A stretch of 23,574 nucleotides of DNA from Vermamoeba vermiformis (taxonomy: Eukaryota): assembly GCA_045837725.1 (NCBI GenBank), contig JBEWZL010000063.1, positions 248,001-271,574 on the forward strand. Direction: 5' to 3'. The notes under the pieces were generated by a model. The model was not told the origin of the DNA, ran no database searches, and worked only from the letters and a program-made list of their open reading frames with translations. A program made the position numbers and the translations under genes. Shown piece by piece: positions 1 through 10,800 of this stretch. Every line of letters begins with the position of its first letter. The first letter of the stretch is position 1.

Positions 1-13
1 TTACTAAACATAG

Positions 14-1889
14 ACTTGTACATCTCCGTCCAGGCTACGAGAAAACTGTTCCAAGTAAGTTATAGTAATGGCACACGTAATACGGGCTTGTAGTTACCAC
101 TTATTCGAGATGAGCGTGCTCTAATTATGATTTGTAGGGCCTGCCTAATTTAAAGGAATTATACGTCCCACACGCCGGAATCGACTTTTTAAATCATAAG
201 AACGTGTTCTCTTTCGCTAAAAAATTGGAGCGATTAGCCCTCAATTACTACAGCATGCCTGCGGAGTTGTTAGTCAAAACTTGCCCTTCATTACGCTTCA
301 TTATGTACTATCGATGCCCGTACGCGAAGGATAGTGATAGCGAGGAAGATGATTTCAAGCCTATTGAAGTTATCGGCCAGACTGTTGCTATCAGGCCCGA
401 GGGATTTGAAGACGAGTCACTAAGGGAAAACTACAAGCTGCTAGCACCTGTCCTTGTGCCTTATTTGGACAACACATCTTCTATGTCGTTCTTAGCAGCA
501 CTGGCGACTGATTATTACTTTAACAAAGAAATAATTAAGTACTTGGTTCAGGAGCAGAAATTCGATCTGCATTACGAGTACGTTTCTCGTTTGAAATATA
601 GTCTTAATTTGCTAACATTATTTATTCTTGTTGCTAGGCCTCCTAAATACAGTTATCGCCAATCGTTTTACTACGGAAAATTGAGGTTTCAGTTTCCACT
701 TGACGCTGCGCTGCTAGGCTACTGGCGAGACGTAGAGTCAGTTAAAGAGTTGATAGAGCTTGGAGCCTACGCTGAATGCCCAAAAGTAGGGTATTCATAT
801 TTGGCCCAAGCTAAGAGAGCCGACGTGCGCATGTTGTTGTTGCAACATGGAGCGGATCCAAACAAAATGGTCGAAGTCGATTTAGACAACAGAAAGAATG
901 AGGATTATGCCACAAGTTCATTTCGCAATATAATTCATGCTCCAGCATTTGTATTTCACTTTATCGACGAACAGTTTGAGGGTAAGTTAAGATCCGTTTA
1001 ATTTAATAATTGATTTAGCGCTAACTATTGCATATATTTATAGATTCGGAGGAGTTTGTGTTTGCCTTGAAAGGAAGAGTCGATTTCAGTATTCAAGTGC
1101 GAAACAAGACCATGCTGGAGGTAAAATTCTTTCTTTCCATGTATCACGGCACTAACAGCTATAAATATCTAGTGGGCTATCGAACATAAGAAGTGGAACA
1201 GTATTTATGCGTTGCTTAAACTGGGCGTGAAGAAAATTAATGGCTGGGGTATGCACACTTCGTTCGCGCTGACCAATGGCAAAGTTGACGAGGCCAAGAT
1301 CAGACAAGCGCAAATGGCTCAAAAGGCGAAAGAAGAAGAAGAAAGGCGCCAAAGAGAAGAGATCAATAAGCGGCTAAAGAAGATGATTGAAGAGGGCAAT
1401 CCGCCTTGGTTGCACATCAATGGCAGCGATGACAGTGAGAGGTGCTGTAGCGATTGCGATAGCGATAGTGAAAATAATCTGTGGTGGTCAAACTCCGATT
1501 CGGACGAGCACGAGCATCGCAGTATCTTTAAAAATATTGAGAGTACGAGCAGCGAGGAGTCACACGACCCTTTTTTCGAAGAATTTAGCGACGAGGAATC
1601 CGAAGTAGAAGAGTCTGAAGTCGAAGAAGAGATCGAAGAAAATGATACTGAAGTGCGAGAAAAATTGCCTGCGAAGTTACAACGATTGTATGACGCGTTG
1701 GTGGGGATTCAGAAGATTATTCAAGATCTCGAAAGCTTTTCAGTGAAAGCGTTCCAGAAGCAACTCACACGAGACATCTTCCCTGCTTACATTACGAACT
1801 CAAATAGGAAGCGGCAGCTGAAGAGCGCGACTGGGGAAGCTGAGTCCAAAGATCTGTTCAAAGCGCTCTTGAAGCAGGTGGATCGATAA
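14..1889 (+). CDS. LRR/ankyrin-like protein with acidic C-terminus, paralogue A of the tandem F-box-LRR-ANK array (5' end outside window)
   Basis: Spliced exons 14-54, 138-577, 638-981, 1044-1120, 1173-1889, all with GT-AG introns. Peptides GLPNLKELY, KLERLAL, CPSLRFI, YKLLAPVLVPY, ELIELGAYAECP, LLLQHGADPNK and WAIEHKKW align with copies B and C, with introns at the same positions. Diverges after LLKLGVK and ends at TAA 1887-1889 (3' end less certain). Confidence 0.8.
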
Positions 1890-2058
1890 TTTTCTGACAG
1901 AGTTTCAGCACGAAATTGAGAGCGTGGCTTCCAAGTAAGCAGTAGTTAACACGCAATAAATAAATTTTTCGGATCGGCAAAGGAAACAATATTTTCTCGA
2001 GTGTGAGCCGGTCATTTTTTTTTTGTAGATCGAGGATGAACAACATATTACTTCGGTC

Positions 2059-5000
2059 ATGAACAAAACTAAACAAGGTCAAAAGGAGCACGAGGTTACT
2101 GCTACCTGGCAAACAAATCACCAAGATCTCATCATTGACGTCTTGAAACACATCTTCTCTTTTTTGCCTGTCCGTTCTCGCGCAAAAATAGGATAGGTAC
2201 TGCTTTATTCTATTGAAGTAACTAGTATCATTTTAATAGTAATTTCCTCGAATTGATTATTATTTGAATTTTTGACCGACGCCAAATCTGAGCTTCTCGA
2301 AAATACTACCTTATTTAGTAATAACGCTAGAATAGAATAAAATGTAGTTTTATATAAATAGATATATATTTATTGAAAATACGTCTTTTAGGTTTCTCAA
2401 CACTGGTGTCAAGTATCGAGGGATCCATTCCTCTGGCCTTCCTTTGAAATTACGTTTGAATACAAACAGATCAAGAAAAAAGGAACCAACTACCAAGTCA
2501 GTCAGGTTAGGAGCCTAGGTGCATTTTTACAGAAGTATTGCACCAATTTGGTAGATCTGAATATTTGCTTCCACTATGCACATCGTATTCATGATCGCTT
2601 CGACGAATTCTTCCAAATTACGTCCTTAAAGCGATTAAAGATACAAGAACCGGATGTAGGACAAGAATACGTGCCGGTAAAAGTCCCCGCTTGTAACGGG
2701 TTGCAGTTGCTCAATCTTAATGCCCAACTTGGTATCAACTCTATCACTAAGATTCTCAGCGTAAGTCAATTAAGATTAACTATGTTAAAGCCTTTCAATA
2801 TTTTTTCGAAGGGCTTGCCAGATCTGAAGGAATTATATCTTCCGTGCACTGATGAGATTCAAACTGAAGCGTTTGCCGCTGCAACAAAACTTGAACGGTT
2901 GGCATTAGATGCGCTTGACTATGTTGATGCAATTAAATTGGCCGATGCACTTCCGTCGTTAAAGTACATCATTTTTTACCCCAGCAGGATGGACGACAGT
3001 AGCGATGATGAAGAAGGCGAAGTTATAAAGGTTGGCAAGACGCTGATAGTTCGAGCAGAGGAGTTGCAAGTGGAAAATCTCAAGACGCACTACAAGGAAC
3101 TAGCGCCGTTGTTGGTGCCGTACATGTACATGGCTGATCAATCACAGCCGTCTTTATTGACGTTATTAGCGCTCAATTACAAGCGCAACAAAGACGTTAT
3201 CAAGTATCTGGTGCAAGAGAAGGGCTTTGATTTGAATTATCCGTAAGTGAATTATTGCTCAAATGAATAGTTGATACTAAGGTATATATTTAAGTTGCTC
3301 TCCGTATACTTACCGCCCGTCTTTTCAAACTCGGACTGTCATTGCATTTACGGACAAAGACGTTCATTTCCCAATCACTGCTGTTTGCCGAGGCGATACT
3401 CCAAGCCAGCTTGAAGCTGTCCAGGAGTTACTGTCGTTAGGAGCCGACGCCGAATGCCCAAGCAACGATATCTCGTATTTGAACACGCCGAATGCAGCTG
3501 TGCGAGGGCTTTTACTGCAACGCGGAGCAAATCCGAACAAAATTGTCGAACTTAAGTTGTGGATTCAACATTCCAGCATTCACCTTAAGGTGCCTGTTTT
3601 TGCAGTGCATTTTTTGGACCAAAACTTTGAAGGTAAACAACATGCTATATTTATTCTGTTTTGCTCAAGCTTGAATTTGCAGATTCCGAAGAGTTCGTCC
3701 GCATGTTGAAAGACAAAGTCAATTTAAACGCCGCTGTCCAATCCAAGAGCTTGCTTCAGGTACCAACTGTTCATAGAGTCTTAAAGCGCTATACTAATTA
3801 ACATAGTGGGCCATTGAATTGAAAAAGTGGGCAAGTGTCTCGGCGCTAATTTCATTAGGAGTGAAGTGGAACGAAAAAGATCTGAGTGCACTGTTGAAAG
3901 GCGACAAGAGTCGAGTACGTATTATAACAGCTGTGAAATCTGTATTAACTCGTACGCAGTTCCAACAACTTCTCGTCAACAAGTCAATCGATGTCAACGC
4001 ATTGCCCGTTCGGGTTACAGTTGAAGCCATTCACGAGAATATGGCACCTTGTCTGTACGTAAATTCTCTTGTCTCTAACTTTAAACTAATGGCGTCTAGC
4101 GCTGAGTACTTGCAGGCCAACCTCGATAAGAAAAACGAATTCGGATACAATTTGCTTCATATTCTTGCGACAACTTGGCCAAGGAATGACACAAACGTCC
4201 ACTACAAAAGAAACGATCATCGCCCAGCAGACCGATGGATAGTTTCTGGCCCTGTTGTACCCACTGACGAGCCTAAACGACAAAAATTGAACTACAAAGA
4301 CGAAATAGAAGCTGTAGAACACGCCTGGAAGCAGGCTGCACAAGACGAGAATGGTTCTGGTCGAGAAAAAACAGAGACCCACGCCTCTTTGGGAATGTTA
4401 ACTACGTCGCTGTTGAGGCAAGTCGTCACCACGGAGAAACTGTACGATGACATTTTTGACACGTGTCAGATAGACTAATCACCTAAACAGACCACCGTTA
4501 GATAACGTTAAGATAGTGCCTGTTCGGCAAGTGACGAGCATTTCAAGCCCCAAGTTCGGAGTTGGACTAAAACGAAAGCGCAATGAAGTTGATGATGATC
4601 GTAGTGCCGAGGAAGTCGAGCATATGGACATTGAAGATTATACAGCATCAAACAACAATAACAACACCAACAAAACTTTTCGTCAGCCAATGTATAGGCT
4701 ATTTGAAGAAAAGAGCGATGAAGACGTTCGCAGAAGTGCGGAAGAAGAGCACGAGGACCAGGATGCAACAATGAATGACAATGATACTTATTTCGAAGGA
4801 GATAATCCGACGGACAGTAACGGAGTTCCTAAAGCTTTCATAGCGCAGCTAATGAATAACGCAAATCACCAAGAGCAGATAATCGAAGAAGAGGAATCGG
4901 ATTCGGAAGAAGAGGAATCTGATTCAGAAGAAGATGAACCATTTTCAGAAGAAGAGGAATCGGATTTAGAAGAAGAGGAATCTGATTCAGAAGAAGAGGA

Positions 5001-7613
5001 ACCGTATTCAGAAGAAGAAGAATCAGATTCAGACGCTGACTCATATAATCATCCACTCACCGTCATTCCTTTTTCGCAACGAATTCAAGAAAAATCACGC
5101 CAAGTGCCTGCAGACGACTTTGATTGGACACAGTTGTTCCCGTTGTACAAGCCAGTGATCAACTTGCAGTCAAACGACGGTGAAACGGCGTTGTTGCTTG
5201 CATGCAAAGCACATCTTAGCGACGAATTGAAGCACCGTCGATTGCAGCTGCAGGATCATGCCATAAGCGTCAAGCTCAAACGAGTTGAGTGTCTGATCGC
5301 TAACAGTGCAGATGTCAACCTTGCGGTAAGTGTCAAACAATGATTACCAAATATGGAAAGCGAATCAGAACTGACACTTTGACGCATAGGATAATCAAGG
5401 CTGGACCCCTCTTCACGCTGCATGCTACGCGAATGCATGGGATGTTGCGTCAATGCTGATCCAAGCGAAGGCGAATGTGAATGCACAAGATCAGAACGGA
5501 ATAACTCCGATCATGGCTGCTGTCTATGGCTGGCACCACATGCCCAAGAAAGACTCAGAATCGTCTCCCGATAAGTTTGGTGAAGCGTTGCTTACTCTGC
5601 TCACCGGGATGAAAGACGTTGACTTTTCGTTGACCGAGAAGGTACGTGGTCCTGAACTCACGCAAAGTACTGTGACTAATATTAATATTCAGCACACCAA
5701 TCGTACTTTTTTGCACATGATTTCGGCAATTAATATCAGTGCTACTGCTTTCACCGAGATATTTGAGCGGCTAAGGTTGCAAGACAGGGAACCACGGTAA
5801 GATTCCCAATGAGTATTCTATAGTTCATTCTAACGTCATTTATATTACAGGGATGTCGATGGTTTTACGCCTCTGCACTACGCCACGATGTATGGTGCAA
5901 ATAATGTCGTGAAAAAGCTTGTTGAATTCGGATGCGACATTAATTGTCAAACCACGGCCATGAGAATAACTCGTAAGCAAGGCATTATATGATTCATATA
6001 ATATACTAATGTTGTTTCAGCTGCTATGATCTACTTGACCATAATCGCGTCAGATTTCTTGCCTCAAAAGCCGTACAAAATTTGCTTGGAGAATTGTGCG
6101 ATGTCTTTTCTGGCCAATTACCACTACAAAAATATTAAGTAGGTATTAGTATGCAACTTATTCTTTGCTAATTGACATTGTAGAATATCTTCGAAAGATC
6201 GAATCGCGTTGGTTGTTGAGTCGTCGTGGAATTTCAAAGGTGAAAAACCTCACGGCCGTGAACACTACGGATTGTAAGTTTAAGTATATAGTATATATAT
6301 ATATTAATTCCTATGATTTTAGTACGACTTTGGTAGATATTCCTGACACTTTTTCGTTTTTACTCAAAAACTCGGATTTGACGCTGACCGATAGTTGCGG
6401 TAACAACTATTTGCACTACGTAAGCATTTATAGCTATAATACAGCAATAATCCTCTATTAATTGTTTATTTTAGTTGGTATTGTTGTATGCGAAAACACC
6501 GGAAGAGGTCGCTGCCTGCTGCAAAAAATATCCGGCTTTGAACTCACTGTGGAACCAAAAAAATAGTCGCAATATGACTCCATTACATATGTAACTAAAT
6601 TTATACTGACCTGCTTGCTGGCAATGACTGACATTATCGAATTAGGTGGACGGATGCGATTGGTGAATTTCCGACTGACGAAGCGTAAGTACCTTTTCGT
6701 ATCATAGGATTGAACTTAATCTATTATTAATAGGACTAAACTCATCATTGATATCATTATGACACTTGACATTGATATAACGGAAATTTATGGTGATGGT
6801 AGGAGTATTTTTTCGTGGATTTGTTCGACGACCAGCTTCCACTGCTATCCCGATGCTTGGGCTAAGCTTGGAGGTAAAATACTATCCGTTTTATTATTCA
6901 TAACTAACTCTTGGTATAGCAAAAATTGATTTTTCAAAGAAATCGAGAGACCTGGACGATACGACGGCATTGACCACGATGATGATTGACCGACCAATTC
7001 CGACTGATATCTTAGCGTATATTTCTAAGACAAACCCTGAAATTTTGCTCTCCCAGCGAGACCGTCATGGCTGCACCTTGTTAATCAAAGAAATAGAGCA
7101 GACCGCTCAAGACGTAAGTGCGAAGTCAGGACGGAGTTTGTGGTACTAAAGTTATTATTTAGGGAGAGTTTGCAACCGAAGGGCCGCTGACAATACTTCT
7201 TCAAAAACAACTTATCAATCAGCAAGACAACAACGGCGATACGGCGCTGCACATCGCCTGCAGATATTTCACTCTCGGATTTTTAGATTCAATTGCCGGT
7301 CATAGGTCGAGTTTTTGGACGGCTTTTGGCTACAACTACTTTGCATTCATCCTCTTGGAAGGTAATTGAAAATGACACGTGTCAAACGTATCACACAACT
7401 AACAACATTTGTTCAGTGGGAGCGGATCCAACGATCAAAAGCAACCGTGGAGAAACGCCGTTGAGTTATGTGCCTCGATTGATGGAGTACTATGAAGAGC
7501 TGTACAAGAAGTGGTTTAAGGATCTGATCGAGAGTGACGCAAGAGAGCTTCGAGAGTCTTTAGAACAAATGGCAGCCCGTGAGAAGGTCTCTTTAGGAGC
7601 TACGAGGTTTTAA
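2059..7613 (+). CDS. F-box / LRR-like / ankyrin-repeat protein with acidic insert, paralogue B (~1,400 aa estimate; in-frame TAG at 2194-2196, possibly a disabled allele)
   Basis: F-box DLIIDVLKHIFSFLPVRSRAKIG*|VSQHWCQVSRDPFLW spans intron 2197-2391. LRR-like stretches LVDLNI, LKRLKI, LQLLNL, LKELYLP. Ankyrin motifs GYNLLH, DGETALLLAC, GWTPLHAAC, GITPIMAAV, GFTPLHYA, GNNYLHY, GDTALHIAC, GADPTIKSNRGETPL. 20 coding introns inferred, 19 at the same positions as in copy C. Stop TAA 7611-7613 overlaps AATAAA. Confidence 0.8.
4885..5031 (+). repeat. Coding minisatellite, 7 x 21 nt (EEEESDS-type) with a 63-nt higher-order period
   Basis: Units gaagaaga(g/t/a)gaa + tcggattcg / tctgattca / ccattttca / tcggattta / tctgattca / ccgtattca / tcagattca, encoding EEEESDS EEEESDS EEDEPFS EEEESDL EEEESDS EEEEPYS EEEESDS. 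Confidence 0.95.
5299..5544 (+). repeat. High-identity tract shared with 10920-11190 (copy B vs copy C), including an alignable intron
   Basis: 59 nt are identical (5486-5544 = 11132-11190). Introns 5326-5389 and 10947-11035 share gtaagt.tcaaacaatga, ccaaatatggaaag.gaa and acgcatag. Confidence 0.9.
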
Positions 7614-7866
7614 TAAAGTCATTTTTCTTTTTGTTTTATTTTTGGAACGAGATCCCAGCGCGACAAAATCTTCCGTCTTCCCAGGTGCGCAGACAAATAT
7701 TTACGAAATCTATTGCTGTAACACAAATGCAAAATTTGTATTAAGGAAGGCACATTAGCTTTAAGCAGCCGAAGTTTTCGCACAATAATCTGAACAAATC
7801 CGCATCTTGTTGCTATCGATCAAAAGAAGCTGAAAACACATAGTCAAAGAATACAGTGCATACAAA

Positions 7867-10800
7867 ATGCAAATAGATGCCCTCATTGACGACGTGGTGC
7901 GACACATCTTCACTTTTTTGCCTTTACAAACCCGTGCCAAGATAGGAGAGGTAGAATAATTTTTTTCCTAATTTTATAATATCAATTACGATTTTATAAT
8001 TAGAAATAGAGCAAATGGTAATTTTCCGAATTTCTAGAAATTTTTTTAGCCAATGCGAAGAATTTTTCCGTCAAAGCTGTAATATTCATTTCTTATAAAC
8101 ATTATTAAGGTTTGCAAGACGTGGTTTGGAGCATCCCGCCATGCGTCTCTTTGGACAGTGGTCGAACACGACTTTCCTGCTGTCAAAACTTCGATCTTAC
8201 GAGCCGCTCAGGTTAGCGGCACTAATAGCACATATTATGCCATGGATACCTTTGCACCTTTCTTAGCAAAGTACGCTACAAGCCTAGTTGATCTCAATCT
8301 CTCGTACACAGCGAATCCAAACCGAGCAGATCGACTGGATCCGCTCTTTCAAATCAAATCCTTGCGGCGAATGAAGATTTCAGAGCACCCTAATTACAAT
8401 GATATGCCTTTCCGTTCCTTACAGATTCCTGCGAGCTCAAATTTGGAGCTACTTAACCTGGATACACGTCTTAAAGAGGACACGTTAAGTACTTTGCTAC
8501 AGGTACTATACTTTAATAGCTAAAAATAATAATAATATAAATATAAATATAAATAGTATTTTTATTATTTTTCATCGTTTTAAGTAGTTTTTTTAAGTAG
8601 ATCTAATTTTGTTTGTAGGGTTTACCCAATCTGAAGGAATTATATATGGCAAGGACTATAATCAACAAAGTGAGCAGTCAATTAAAACACGCACTGTCCG
8701 TCACAACCAAGCTCGAACGGTTGGTTCTGCAACTACCCAAATCATCCGACGCAATTCTTCAAACCCTCAAAGAGGCCTGTCCTTCATTACGCTACATTGT
8801 ATATACTCCTCTATACTCAAGAAACTACGCTGGAGACGACTCAGATGACGAGGATAATATCGGCCACGAAATGTTTAAGACACTTGGTGATAATGCCATT
8901 GCTGTGGTTCCTGATGCGTTCAGTGAAGTGTCATTGAGAGTCCATTATCGAATACTAGGACCATTGTTAGTGCCGTATATGACTGGTCCGAGAACAAAGT
9001 CGTATTTGGCGGCTCTAGCTTGCGACTATTTTGCGAACAAACAGCTGATCCATTATTTGGTTCAAGAGCAGCATTTTGATCTGAACGCCGAGTAAGCCAA
9101 ATCATATAATTCATCTTAATCTTATACATATTCGTATTAACGTTAATTTTTTAGGTGCCCTAAGCGCTTTTATCGTCCGTCCTTTCAAGCGCACTACTCG
9201 TACAATCAGATGCGGGATCATAACTTCAAATTTGCTCTCGAGGCAGCGCTGCGGGGCAAAGACACCGATTTGAAAGCTGTATCGGAGTTGATTGCGCTAG
9301 GAGCCAGTGCGGAGTGTCCATTGAAAGGCCATTCATATTTAGCTTCTGCTAAACGGGTCGACGTTCGAATGTATCTCTTACAACACGGTGCAGATCCGAA
9401 CAAACCGATTGAATACAAGGTTAAAGAACTCACGACCAAAATCCTACCATTGTCGAACACTACTTTGATACCTGCGTTTGCAATGCATTTTATCGACCCA
9501 ACTTTTCAAGGTAACAATTACAATTTGTTGTTAGCAACGTGTTTAAAGGCTAAACTTACTTCAATAGATTCGGGAGAGTACGTAACGAGCCTGCACGGAA
9601 AAGTCGATTTTGATGTCGTCGTTCTCGGCAAGTCTTTGTTACAGGTAGGACCTAAAACGATGAAATCTCAGTTTGTTAACGAAGCTCCTGAGATTTTTTT
9701 AAATTGCGTCGTTGAATCTAACGTGATAATAATGCCTAGAGTGCGATTCAAAATAAGAAGTGGGCAAGCGTTTCCGCACTGATGGCGCTAGGTGTCAAGG
9801 TTGACCAGGACTCTTTGCTCGCGTTGTTGCAAGGTGAAAAAAAACGGGTAAATTCAACAACAAAATGATATTACGATAAAATTTAACGTAAAACTAACTG
9901 CACAAAATTAGTTCCAAGACTTATTGGTCAATAACACGGTTGATGTCAAATCGTTGCCTGTCAAAGTTGTTATCGAAGCTATTCATAATAATCTAGCGCC
10001 GTTTCTGTACGTAATCATCGTTGAAATTTACCTTTTAAATAATTAATTAATTTAAATATCGTTTAGCACTGAGTACTTGCGGAACAACATTGACAAGAAA
10101 AACGAATGCGGGTACAATTTATTGCATTTACTAGCTGTGACCTGGTGGAAAAACCTTAATATTCCCGAATACAAAACCAACAAAGCGAAAGAGCGCTGGG
10201 TAGTCGTCAATACTAAGACTCCAATGACCGAAAAATCTGATGATCTTTGGCGAGGCCTCAGTGTGCAAGAGCTGAAAAATATGACGCAGATACACCAAGG
10301 CCCGATTCTAAAACCAAGGCCTGTGCAATCCTTACTGGACCCTGCGACTCATGGACCAGCATTTCAGCCCCCTCAGATTGTCACTTTTGGTGAGCGTTTG
10401 CCTGTTTACCACGAAGATCATGATGACGATGAAGACATTATTAAAGAGTACATAGATGATTTTGAGGAAGAAGATGAAATTGAATTGATGGACGAAGACG
10501 AGTACGATGAATATGAAGAAGAAGATTATATGGACATTGCTACCAATGAGGACAAATACAAAGTTGTGCAGTTTGGTGAAAAACAAGAAAAAGATGTCGT
10601 TATAGAAGATGCTAATGAAGGAATTGAACTTTATAAAGAGGACGAGGAAGATGAAGATGATGATGAGGATGACGAGTTTCCTGAAATTTCAGACGAAACA
10701 AAAGAAAAAATACGATTGGCGAGACAACTAGTGCTCAGGCGTCTTTTGGAACGCAAAAAAATCGAAGAAAAAGACTTTGACTGGCAAGAATTGTTGGCTT

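Noticed and set aside
2194-2196. UAG reassigned to Glu or Gln (alternative genetic code)
   Set aside because: It is the only in-frame TAG I found in several thousand spliced codons, and TAG ends three genes at plausible C-termini (13305, 15663, 21817).
4885-5031. CRISPR-like array
   Set aside because: Contiguous 21-nt coding units without unique spacers, in a eukaryotic exon with no cas genes.
4838-5056. Antisense ORF with LLLNQIP repeats; likewise 10332-10586, 10631-10870, 18378-18827 and 22991-23466
   Set aside because: Shadow frames of low-complexity acidic, Q-rich or E/K/R-rich coding sequence on the opposite strand.
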